DNA of 64,000 nt from Macrostomum lignano (taxonomy: Eukaryota), in contig NIVC01000297.1 of the NCBI GenBank assembly GCA_002269645.1, positions 186,001-250,000 of the forward strand, given 5' to 3'. The position numbers were made by a program, and so were the translations under genes. This document shows, one piece after another, positions 13,891-25,735 of the stretch; positions within the stretch are counted from its first letter, which is position 1; each line of letters begins with the position of its first letter. The notes under the pieces were generated by a model that was not told the DNA's origin, did not search any database, and saw only the letters and a list, made by a program, of their open reading frames with translations.

Positions 13891-16800
13891 TGGCGACGAG
13901 TCTAAGCATTTCCGAGCCACGCGTGTTTCTCGCCCACCCAGGACAGCCACACACGCCTTGGAATCGTTGGATCGAAGGATTCAAGATTTGCCTGGAGGCC
14001 TTGGACCTAAATGAAGCATCGGATGCACGCAAGAAGGCGATTCTCATTCATCTGCTAGGCGAGGAGGGCCAGAGAGTCTACGCGCTGAGGAATCTGCCTA
14101 CGACGAGCGTTGATACGTTTGACAAGCTGGTGGCTGCACTGAAAACGATCTTCGGTCAGTCGCACAGCATGATCAGCAACCGCTACAAGTTCAAGTCGCG
14201 CGCCCAGATGCCAGGCGAGCCAGTCAGCCAGTTCGTCGACGCCCTCCGAGAACTCGCGGCAGACTGCGAATATGGCGCTCTCCGTGACCAGATGATCCGG
14301 GACCAGATCATCGAGAAGACCCATTCGCCGCGCATCCGAGAGCGACTGCTCATGGAGAAGGAGCTCGAGCTGGATAGGGCGATGACATTGGCGGTTCAGG
14401 TCGAATCTGCAATCAACGACGCCAAGAAGCTGCGCGACGGCAAGAGCGACAAGGACGAGTCCCGCATCCAGAAGGTCAGCCAGCGTATGCCATCACGCAA
14501 GGGACCCAAGCATGCGGCACCGCAGAAATCCGGCGCAGAGACACGGTGCGGCAACTGCGGGAGGGTCGGGCACGCTGCCCGCGCCTTAGAGTATCCAGCG
14601 AAAGACAAGACCTGCTTGCACTGCCACAAGGTCGGACACTTCAAAGCTTGCTGCCGACAGCGACGCCAGGTTCGCACCGTAACGGACGAAGACGACGAGC
14701 CATTCGTAGTATCTGCGGTAGAATACGAAGCGTCGCTCCTTAACTTCGCGACGTGCAGCATCGCTGACATCGACGTCAGGCTCCTATTGGACACGGGCTC
14801 AAGAGTCAACATCATCAACGAGAAGACCGTGAAACGCCTGCCGAAGCAACCGGTCATCACGCCGACTCCGAAGCAGCTGTTCTCGTACACAGGCTCTGCA
14901 ATTGACGTGCTTGGGACCACAGAGCTGTGCGTTGTGCACCGCGGCAAGTCCGCCATCTGCCGCTTCTTCATCGCACGACGAGGTGCCAACATCCTGGGTC
15001 TGGACGGCATGGACAAGCTGGGATTCTCAATCCGTGTCAACGCAATCAACAACATCGATGATATCGCTGGAGAGTTCCCGGGAATCTTCGACGGCATCGG
15101 TATGGCCAAGAAGTTTTGCCATCGACCACAGCTGCGCCAGGATGCGACACCGACAGTTCAGCCGCTGCGCCGGGTGCCGCTGGCACTTCAGGACCGCGTG
15201 AAGGACGAGCTAAGCAAGATGGAGGCTGCAGGTGTCATCGAGAAGATTGATGTCTCTCCCTGGGTGTCCAATCTAGTCGTATCCAAGAAGAAGAATGGCG
15301 ACCTGCGACTGTGCGTTGATCTGCGCAACTGCAACCAAGCAATCAACCCGGATAAGTTTCCCGTGCCGACCCAGGAGGAGCTGGCCGCAGAGTTTGCAGG
15401 CGCGCAGATCTTCAGCAAGCTGGACCTGAAGCAAAGCTACCTACAGATCCCACTGCACCCCGGCAGTAGGCAGCTGACCGCGTTCATCACTCACTGCGGG
15501 CTCTACCAGTTCACGAGGGTCCCGTTCGGCATGTCCAGTTCTGGTGCCTGTTTTCAGAAAATCCTGTCAACCGTTCTGGCCGACATCAAGGGTGTCCGGC
15601 ACTTAGTGGACGACATCGTCATTCACGGCGTCAACTCTGACGAGCACGGCAAGCGGCTTCAGACAGTACTCGAACGTCTCAGCGAAAACGGGCTGACGCT
15701 GAACAAGGAGAAATGCCAGATCGGCGTCCCGGGGATCGTGTTCTTGGGCTGCAGGATCTCAGCCGATGGAGTTCGACCGTCCAAGTCTAACATCGAAGAT
15801 GTGCTCCGCATCCCGGCACCGACGACAGCACGGGCGTCTCGTCATTCCTGGCAACCGTCAACTACTTCGCCAAGTTCATACCCGACTTCGCCAAGACGGC
15901 GAGACCACTGCGAGAGCTGCTCAAGAAGGACACCGTCTTCCACTGGACGAGCGAATGCAAAGCTGCTTTCGCCGAGCTCAAGCAACAGCTGACGAGTCCG
16001 CCGGTGCTAAGCCACTTCGACTGCAACGCTGACACCATCGTCGAGTGCGACGCGTCTGACTTCGCGCTTGGCGCGGTGCTGCTTCAACGCGTAGGCGGGT
16101 CAGAGAAGCCGGTGGCCTACGCCCCGCGAGCACTGACGCCAACGGAGTCCAGATACTCAGTTAGCGAGAAAGAGGCCCTGGCGTGCATCTGGGCTCTCGA
16201 GCGCTGGCACATCTACACCTACGGCAGACGGCTGACTTTGCGCACTGACCATTCGGCTCTCAAGGCACTGCTGTGTACCCAAGGCACCGGACACAAGCCG
16301 CTGCGCATCCACCGATGGAACGACCGGCTCCTGCAGTACAACTTCAGCGTCGAGTATAAGCCTGGAAAGGACAACGTTGTGCCAGACTTTCTGTCCCGTT
16401 TCGAGCGACCACCCGAGTCGACAGACAGCGGCGATGACGACGACGAGATCGCCGACATCCACCAGGTGCTAGACGGGATTCTATCGGCCGAGCTGCTGGA
16501 CAAGCACTCGCAGGCCGATCCGCTCATTCGCAGTGTCTCCGCAAAGCTTCAAGCCAACTGGAAGGGGCCGCCAACAGATGAGGAGAAAATCTTCTTCAAG
16601 CTCCGAGATGAGATGTCAACGGTCGGCAACTTCCTGGTTCGCGGCAACCGCGCGGTCGTGCCCGAGAGTCTGCACTAGCGCTGATCCACCAGGGACATTG
16701 CGGCATCGTCAAGATGAAGCACCGAGCTCGCGATACCGTCTGGTGGCCGGGAATCGACGCCCAACTGGAGGATCTGGCCAAGTCCTGCGTCAGCTGCTGC

Positions 16801-17805
16801 CTGGCGGAGAAGTGGAAGCGACCCGCTGCTCCATCGCAGACGACCGAGTTTCCCAAAGAGCCGTGGCACACGATTCAGCTTGACATCTTCGGCGAGATCC
16901 ACGAAGCGCCTGCCAGCAGCCGATTCGCAATCGTTGCCATTGACCTGCACTCCAAGTGGCCAGAGATTCGGACTACGGCTTCGGTGGCGGCCGAGGTCAT
17001 CGCCGACTTCCTCAAGGACCTGTTCGCTCGATGGGGACTGCCAGGCAAGATCGTGACTGACAACGGGCCGCAGTTCACCAGCCACGCCTTCGAGGAATTT
17101 CTAGCCAGCCACGGTGTTCAGCATGCGAAAACCTCGCTGTACCATCCGCAGTCAAACTAGAATGTCGAGCGCCTCAACCGCACCCTGAAGGAGTCGCTGA
17201 AGGCGCACCTCAAGGACGGCATCAGCTTCAAGGAGGCAATCCGCGAGTTCCTGCAATGCTACCGGTCGACAGCGAATGCAACCACGGGCCTGACACCGGC
17301 TGAGCTGATGGTCGGTCGGCCGTTTCGAGGACCTCTGAGCCAGTGGAGTCGAGGCATCCGCCCCCTGAGTCCAACGGTGCCATCGGGGACCGAGCGTCGA
17401 GTCCAGGCCAACAAGGAGAAGGTCAGGCTGGCCACCGACCGGCGCCGAGGAGCCCGAACCTCGAGACTGCAGGCTGGCGACTCCGTGCGCGTCCGCAGGC
17501 CACAGACGGCCCACAAGCTGGCGACAAGGCTCGGCGAGACTCGAAGGATCACCCGGCGGCTGGGCCCGGAGTCCTGGCTGCTAGACGACGGCACGCGATG
17601 GCACTCTGACAACCTGGTTCGCGTTTCGAGTACACCGTCAGCGGATAGCGACACGACTGATGCCGGACTCGGTGCTCTGATGGCGCCAACACCAGCGCCA
17701 GCGCTAGCGCCGCCGGCAAGGGCGCCGACCAACGAGACGCCGCCGACTCCGCCGAGACGAAGCGGCCGAACCAGAAGAGCTCCGGTCCGGTTCAGCCCGA
17801 ATTGA
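13890..17805 (+). pseudogene. gag-pol (Gag, CCHC knuckles, protease, RT, RNase H, integrase), disrupted
   Basis: CGNCGRVGH and CLHCHKVGHFKACC, LDTGS, LVDD, CDASDFALGAVL, HQGH..WWPG..C..C, TDNGPQF. Frameshifts near 15838 and 16675; in-frame TAG at 17158-17160. Confidence 0.93.
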
Positions 17806-17893
17806 TTCGCGAACTGAATAACTTTTGACTGTGCGCACTCTATGGACTGTTGTGTTCCCCATGCATTGCTTCTGTTTGCTTTTTCGAGGGGGT

Positions 17894-18124
17894 GATGTGT
17901 ACGGCTTGTACGCCAGTTAGGGTTCTTGCGTTCTGATTGGCTGGGGGGTTTTGTCTGTCTGCCCAGACCGGCCTAGGCCGGGTGGGGGGTTTGCTGAATC
18001 ATGCTGGTTAGTAGGTAAATTATAATATAAGTGCGCACCGGCCTTTCAAGCCTTTGTTACTTTTCTACCCTGCAATCGCTTCTCGCATTGTATTCATTTG
18101 GCCACGCTGCCTCAAAGTACAACA
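17894..18124 (+). repeat. 3' LTR (231 bp) with an extra ~80-bp block
   Basis: Same termini as the 5' LTR; about 17947-18027 replaces a 6-nt segment of the 5' LTR. Confidence 0.92.
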
Positions 18125-18306
18125 AATAGAATAATAAACTTTCAGTATTATAAAAAATGTCTATATAATAAGTATATAAAGAGAGGCACTTACTTTTGAT
18201 TGCACAGTGCTGATTAGTCCTCTACTAGATAGGCTCTGACTCAAATCCTAATATAGCTTCTGAACATAGATGAGTGGATTGAGCAGGTTTCATTTGTTTG
18301 CTGACA

Positions 18307-18545
18307 ATTATTAGGAATTAGAAAACCAATGCTATGTGCTGCTTGCAGATCTCAGATTATTCAGTGATTTATTATTAGGAATTAGAAAACCAATGCAATG
18401 TGCTGCTTGCAGATCTCAGATTATTCAGTGATTTATTATTAGGAATTAGAAAACCAATGCAATGTGCTGCTTGCAGATCTCAGATTATTCAGTGATTTAT
18501 TATTAGGAATTAGAAAACCAATGCAATGTGCTGCTTGCAGATCTC
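18307..18545 (+). repeat. Four tandem ~64-bp copies, each containing the importin-alpha splice acceptor
   Basis: Units start at 18307, 18372, 18435 and 18499; each contains tgctgcttgcag|atctc. Confidence 0.92.
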
Positions 18546-18600
18546 TCCAGAAGACGCTGAACCTGATCCTGCCGCCGCGGCCTCCTCGCAGCCGCCATCT

Positions 18601-21600
18601 ATGGCGCAGCCCGAGGAGCAGGCGGGCCTCACCGAGCAGCAGCGCAGCCGCATGCGGGCCTACAAGAACGCCGGCCTCAGCTCCGAAGAGATGCGCCGGC
18701 GCAGAGACGAAGTTGGCGCCCAGTTGAGGCGCCAGCGCCACGACGAACAAGTGTTCAAGCGGCGCAGCCTCCTGCCGCAGCCGCCGGCTGGCGAGGCTGC
18801 CGAAGCCACTGCCGCCGACGCTTCTGACGCCGCGTCTCGCATGGAAGAATGCGGTGGTGCCAGCGACGCCGGTGCTGTCCAGGGCGGCGCCCGGCCCGGC
18901 TCGCCGCTGCCCTCAGCAGACGGCCTGGCCTTGCTGGTTGGCCGCCTGGCCGAGCCCAGCTGGGAGGCCCGCCTGGAGGCAACGCGGCGGCTGCGGCACC
19001 TGCTGTGTCGGGTCAGCGACCCGCCAGTCGGTGAGTTGGCTGTCGGGGAGAGGTCCCGGGCTCGATTGAAATGGGGCTATGGAGTCGGATTAGCGGACTC
19101 TGTGAGCGTCTACACCTGCATGTGTCCGAAAGTTCTGAGGTTCCGGGTCTACTCTTGTGTACTTTTCGCAAGAATTGGCACGCCCTATTGGAGATTCACT
19201 GCGTAATTCTTGTCTTGCTGCTTCTTGTTGGAATTCTTGGAATTATAAAGTCGAAGGGCAACCTTGACTTATCCGCAGAGGGCTCTGGATGCCCATTCTG
19301 CTGACCCATTCTGCCAGTGTCCACAGCGCTGTCCCTCTCTAAAGAGTTCAGGTGGATGGTCGAAGTCTGAGGGACGAAACTTAGTCTAGGGAGCAGGCCC
19401 AATCTAGCTCAACCAATGAGAGAGCAGTAAGGAGAGGTTAAGGTTTTTGGTCTTATTATTGTAAAGGCAAAAAACGCTTATGCTATTAAAAAGAGAGTAA
19501 AGTAGATAAGCGCATTTTTGCAACTGACATCTTGTTAATCAGGTATTTGTGGTGCAAGCCACTGGATGGAAAGTAAATGGGCTGCATCTGCAAAGCAGAC
19601 AGGCTTAAAACACACCTGCTGTTCCCCCCTGCTCAGACGAGCTGCTGCAGGCTGGCGCGCTGCCCTGGCTGATCGCCGGCCTGTCCGAGTCCGGACACCC
19701 CGCCTTGCAGTTCGAATCCGCCTGGGCCATCACCAACGTGGCCTCCGGGCAGAGCCGCCACTCGCTGGCCGTGGCTGAGGCGCCTGGCGCCCTGGCCGCC
19801 CTGGTGGCGCTGCTGGACAGCTGGGAGCGCCAGCCGGCGCAGCTCACCGAGCAGGCGGCCTGGGCCCTCGCCAACATCGCTGGCGACTCTGCCGCCACCA
19901 GAGACGCCGTGCTGGCAGCCGGCACCATCGAGCCGCTGGCCCGGGCGGTCCGACACGCCAGCGGGGACGGTCTGGTGCGGGTGGGCGCCTGGTGCCTCGC
20001 CAACCTGTGCCGCTGCGGCAACGGCAGGTGAGCATTTTGGAATTCCAGTTGGACAGCTGGGGATCCGGGTTGTTGGGGAGATTTTTAATGTTATTAAATC
20101 GGAATTGAGCTCTTTTATTAGCCACTCCTGTGAGATCTTGGTGACTAAAATTTCCATTGAGTTCTTGATTTCATAGGGTATTTCCTTGATCTTATATTAG
20201 CAATTTTGTGCGATTCCCTTGAGTCCTGTGGCATGAGCGATTCCTCTTGAGTCCTGTGGCATGAGGGATTCCCCTTGAGTCCTGTGGCATGAGCGATTCC
20301 CCTTGAGTCCTGTGGCATGAGGGATTCCCCTGGAGTCCTGTGGCATGAGGGATTCCCCTTGAGTCCTGTGGCATGAGCGATTCCCCTTGAGTCCTGTGGC
20401 ATGAGCGATTCCCCTTGAGTCCTGTGGCATGAGGGATTCCCCTTGAGTCCTGTGGCATGAGCGATTCCTCTTGAGTCCTGTGGCATGAGCGATTCCCCTT
20501 GAGTCCTGTGGCATGAGCGATTCCTCTTGAGTCCTGTAGCATGAGCAATTCCCCTCGAGTCCTGTGGCATGAGCGATTCCCCCTGAGTCCTGTGGCATGA
20601 GCAATTCCCCTCGAGTCCTAGGCGATATCAGCGATTCTTAGTCTTTCCTAACAACTCCCTTGAGAGCTTAACCTAGAGCTAGGGCTCATCACAGCGCAAC
20701 TCATTGCACTCCCCGATTAATAACCCGCGTCTCTCAGGCATGCCGGCATGGCGGCCCCGCAGCTGGCCGCCCTGCAGCCCTGCCTGCCCCTGCTGGCCCG
20801 GCTGGCCTTCTACAGCGAGCCGGACATCCTGTCTGACGTCTGCTGGGCCCTCGCCTACGTGTCCGACGGCGACAACGACCGTGTGCAGGCTGTCATTGAC
20901 ACTGGCGTCTGCCGGCGGCTGGTGGCTCTCATTCAACATCCGCAGCAGCTGGTGGCGCGGCCGGCGCTGCGAGCCGTCGGGAACCTGGTGACCGGGGACG
21001 ATATTCAGACACAGGTTTGTTGGGGTGGCTGTGTCCCGAACCCGGTGACCGGGGACCATACTCAGGCACAGGTGTCCCGAACCCGGTGACCGGGGACCAT
21101 ACTCAGGCACAGGTGTCGCGCACCTGGTGACCCATGACCATACTCAGGCACAGGTGTCCCGAACCCGGTGACCAGGGACCATACTCAGGCACAGGTGTCC
21201 CGCACCTGGTGACCGGGGACCATACTCAGGCACAGGTGTCCCGAACCCGGTGACCGGGGACCATACTCAGGCGCAGGTGTCCCGCACCTGGTGACCGGGG
21301 ACCATACTCAGGCGCAGGTGTCCCGCACCTGGTGACCGGGGACCATAATCAGGCACAGGTGTCCCGCACCTGGTGACCGGGGACCATAATCAGGCACAGG
21401 TGTCCCGCACCTGGTGACCGGGGACCATAATCAGGCACAGGTGTCCCGCACCTGGTGACCGGGGACCATAATCAGGCACAGGTGTCCCGCACCTGGTGAC
21501 CGGGGACCATAATCAGGCACAGGTGTCCCGCACCTAGTCACCGGTACCATACTCATAGGTGTAGCTGTCCGCCATTGGCCCGCAGGTGCTGCTGAACTGC

Positions 21601-23096
21601 CAGCTGCTGCCCGCCCTGTCCAGCCTGCTGTCAGCGGACGGTCCGGACTGGGCCCGCAAGGACGCCTGCTGGGTGGCGTCAAACGTGGCGGCGGGCAACC
21701 GCAGCCAGATCCAGGCGGTGCTGGACTGCAGCCTGGCTGGCCCGGTGCTGGAGGCGCTCCGCTACGCCGAGTTCGGCACCCGCAAGGAGGCCGCCTGGTT
21801 TGTGGCCAACGCAGCTTCAGGCGGCTCCCCGGAGCAGGTAGGTGTTGGGGATGCAATGGGTGATTATTAATCTTATAGGAATAATAAAGGACTGAGCAGC
21901 TCAAAGGGTTCAATTCCGCGCGCGGCCACATCAGCTTGAGGTCTGAGGCTTGTGCGATTGAGGCCCGTGATGGCCAACCCCTAGACATGGGGTTTACTTA
22001 ATGTGCAGTGTACATTATACATATGGTGCACATGATGTGCAGTATACATGATACATGGGGTATACGTGATACATGGGGTTTACGTGATGCAGTGTACATG
22101 ATACATGGGGTATACGTGATACATGGGGTTTACATGATGCAGTGTACATGATACATGGGGTTTACGTGATACATGGGGTTTACATGATGCAGTGTACATG
22201 ACTGATGAGAAAGTCGGCTGTGCAAAGTGTACGCGTACGCATCCGTGTGCGTGCTCAAGAAATGCTTGCGAGTCGACTGTCGGCTTGCGTTTTAACTGAT
22301 CCACGTAACCATACAGCCGTTTCCGCCCGCCGATGAGGTTTCGTGGTCCACATACTTGGCAAAGGTTTTCCTTCAGTCAGCCGGCGGCAAACGCTCACTC
22401 GGGGTGTACAGTGGCTCTGACTCTCGTCATTGTGCATGTACGCTCCCTATGCCTTGGTGATTGGCGGGAATGGCACGACAAAAATCGAACTTTGGGTCAG
22501 ACGCGTTTAAGGGCCCTGCACTTTTGACGTAGCCATGAGACAGATATTTCAGATATAACCAGCTGGAATCTGTTGTCTAGTATTAAATTGATCATGCTTC
22601 TGATGCACCCTCACGGTATCGAGATATTAATCAATTCCAATCCCAGGTGAACTACCTGGTGAGCTGCGGCTGCCTGCAGCCCCTGTGCGACCTGCTGAAC
22701 CTGCCGGACGCTCGCATCGTGGAGGTGGCGCTGACCGCCCTGGAGGCTGTGCTGCGCTCGGGCGCGTCACTGGCCGCGGCCGCAGGCTCGGGACGGAACC
22801 CATTCGTACACCTGGTTGAGGAGTGCTCGGGCCTGGAGCGCCTGGAGTACCTGCAGAGTCACGAGAACGAGCGGCTGTACCGCCGGTCGCACCTCCTCAT
22901 CGATAGGTACTTCTCCGCATCGGCCGACGATGAGGCACTGGACGAGGAGCGTGGGGATGCTGACGAGCAGCCCTTGCAGCTGACGACTGGCAGTGGCGGC
23001 GGCATCTCGGGCGGTGACGGCAGCGGCGGCCTGGCGGTTCCGGCGGCCTTCGAGTTCCAGGAGCCGCCTGCCAGTGCAGCGGGCTTTCACTTCTAG
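18601..23096 (+). CDS. KPNA: Importin subunit alpha (karyopherin alpha, alpha1/KPNA1-5-6-like), 5 coding exons, 599 aa
   Basis: Exons 18601-19030, 19637-20027, 20738-21014, 21586-21837 and 22647-23096 total 1800 nt with matching phases. IBB domain [34 protein letters not shown]; ARM repeats ([46 protein letters not shown]); C-terminal [13 protein letters not shown]. Confidence 0.96.
20211..20617. repeat. 29-bp minisatellite (ccttgagtcctgtggcatgagcgattccc) in importin intron 2
   Basis: About 14 tandem copies. Confidence 0.93.
21038..21552 (+). repeat. 41-bp minisatellite derived from the 3' end of importin exon 3 plus its donor
   Basis: Unit gaacccggtgaccggggaccatactcaggcacaggtgtccc versus exon end gaacctggtgaccggggacgatattcagacacag|gt; about 12 copies. 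Confidence 0.93.
21985..22200. repeat. Composite minisatellite (gtgcagtgtacatgatacatggggtttac variants) in importin intron 4
   Basis: Repeated gatacatgggg(t/a)tac and gcagtgtacat modules. Confidence 0.8.
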
Positions 23097-23142
23097 CTGG
23101 CTATAGTGACACCGCTGTGGGGGGATCTGCCTGAGCGATTCA

Positions 23143-25735
23143 TGTGTGTGATCCCATTGCTGATGTCTGTGTGATCCCATTGCTGATGTCTGTGTGACCC
23201 CATTGCTGATGTCTGTGATCCCATTGCTGATGTCTGTGTGATCCCATTTCTGATGTCTGTGTGACCCCATTGCTGATGTCTGTGTGATCCCATTGCTGAT
23301 GTCTGTGTGATCCCATTGCTGATGTCTGTGTGATCCCATTGCTAATGTCTGTGATCCCATTGCTGATGTCTGTGATCCCATTGCTGATGTCTGTGTGACC
23401 CCATTTCTGAAGTCTGTGATCCCATTGCTGTTGTCTGTGTGATCCCATTGCTGAATCTGTGTGACCCCATTGCTGATGTCTGTGTGATCCCATTGCTGAT
23501 GTCTGTGTGATCCCATTGCTGATGTCTGTGATCCCATTGCTGATGTCTGTGTGACCCCATTGCTGATGTCTGTGTCATCCCATTGCTGTTGTCTGTGTGA
23601 TCCCATTGCTGAATCTGTGTGACCCCATTGCTGATGTCTGTGTGATCCTATTGCTGATGTCTGTGTGATCCCATTGCTGATGTCTGTGTGATCCCATTTC
23701 TGATGTCTGTGTGACCCCATTGCTGATGTCTGTGTCATCCCATTGCTGATGTCTGTGTGACCCCATTGCTGATGTCTGTGTCATCCCATTGCTGTTGTCT
23801 GTGTGATCCCATTGCTGAATCTGTGTGACCCCATTGCTGATGTCTGTGTGATCCTATTGCTGATGTCTGTGTGATCCCCATTGCTGATGTCTGTGATCCC
23901 ATTGCTGATGTCTGTGTGACCCCATTGCTGATGTCTGTGTCATCCCATTGCTGTTGTCTGTGTGATCCCATTGCTGAATCTGTGTGACCCCATTTCTGAT
24001 GTCTGTGTGATCCTATTGCTGATGTCTGTGTGATCCCATTGCTGATGTCTGTGTGATCCCATTTCTGATGTCTGTGTGACCCCATTGCTGATGTCTGTGT
24101 GATCCCATTGCTGATGTCTGTGTGACCCCATTGCTGATGTCTGTGTGATCCTATTGCTGATGTCTGTGTGATCCAATTTCTGATGTCTGTGTGATCCCAT
24201 TTCTGAAGTCTGTGATCCCATTGCTGATGTCTGTGATCCCATTGCTGATGTCTGTGATCCCATTGCTGATGTCTGTGTGACCCCATTGCTGATGTCTGTG
24301 TCATCCCATTGCTGTTGTCTGTGTGATCCCATTGCTGAATCTGTGTGACCCCATTGCTGATGTCTGTGTGATCCCATTGCTGATGTCTGTGTGATCCCAT
24401 TGCTGATGTCTGTGTGATCCCATTTCTGATGTCTGTGTGACCCCATTGCTGATGTCTGTGTGACCCCATTGCTGATGTCTGTGACCCCATTGCTGATGTC
24501 TGTGATCCCATTGCTGATGTCTGTGTGACCCCATTGCTGATGTCTGTGTGATCCCATTGCTGATGTCTGTGTGACCCCATTGCTGATGTCTGTGTCATCC
24601 CATTTCTGAAGTCTGTGATCCCATTGCTGATGTCTGTGTGACCCCATTGCTGATGTCTGTGTGATCCCATTGCTGATGTCTGTGTGATCCTATTGCTGAT
24701 GTCTGTGTGATCCCATTGCTGATGTCTGTGTGATCCCATTGCTGATGTCTGTATGACCCCATTGCTGAATCTGTATGACCCCATTGCTGATGTCTGTGTG
24801 ATCCCATTGCTGATGTCTGTGTGATCCCGTTGCTGATGTCTGTGTGATCCCATTGCTGATGTCTGTGTGATCCCATTGCTGATGTCTGTGTGATCTCATT
24901 ATTTGTTTATTTTTGATCTCACTGAGCACCTGTGTGTGATCCCATTGTTTATCTCTTTGTGATTCCACTGAGCACCTGTGTGTGATCCCATTGTTTATCT
25001 CTGTGGGATCCCACTGAGCACCTGTGTGTGATCCCACTGAGCACCTGTGTGTGAACCCATTGTTTATCTCTGTGGGATCCCACTGAGCACCTGTGTGTGA
25101 TCCCATTGTTTATCTCTGTGGGATCCCACTGAGCACCTGTGTGTGATCCCACTGAGCACCTGTGTGTGATCCCACTGAGCACCTGTGTGTGATCCCATTG
25201 TTTATCTCTGTGGGATCCCACTGAGCACCTGTGTGTGATCCCATTGTTTATCTCTGTGGGATCCCACTGAGCACCTGTGTGTGATCCCACTGAGCACCTG
25301 TGTGTGATCCCACTGAGCACCTGTGTGTGATCCCATTGTTTATCTCTGTGGGATCCCACTGAGCACCTGTGTGTGATCCCACTGAGCACCTGTGTGTGAT
25401 CCCATTGTTTATCTCTGTGGGATCCCACTGAGCACCTGTGTGTGATCCCACTGAGCACCTGTGTGTGATCCCACTGAGCACCTGTGTGTGATCCCATTGT
25501 TTATCTCTGTGGGATCCCACTGAGCACCTGTGTGTGATCCCATTGTTTATCTCTGTGGGATCCCACTGAGCACCTGTGTGTGATCCCACTGAGCACCTGT
25601 GTGTGATCCCACTGAGCACCTGTGTGTGATCCCATTGTTTATCTCTGTGGGATCCCACTGAGCACCTGTGTGTGATCCCACTGAGCACCTGTGTGTGATC
25701 CCACTGAGCACCTGTGTGTGAATCCACTGAGCACC
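23143..25735. repeat. 2.6-kb satellite in 23-bp register immediately downstream of the importin stop codon
   Basis: 23143-24900: ttgctgatgtctgtgtgatccca (with 21-bp variants). 24915-25735: mosaic of ctgagcacctgtgtgtgatccca and ttgtttatctctgtgggatccca. Confidence 0.95.

Larger units (their letters stand above)
13734..18124 (+). mobile_element. Ty3/gypsy LTR retrotransposon, full length but degenerate
   Basis: LTRs at 13734-13890 and 17894-18124 (TG...CA), PBS TGGCGACGAG at 13891, purine tract GAGGGGGG before the 3' LTR, flanks ATTAG/AATAG (5-bp TSD with one mismatch), gag-pol in between. Confidence 0.96.
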
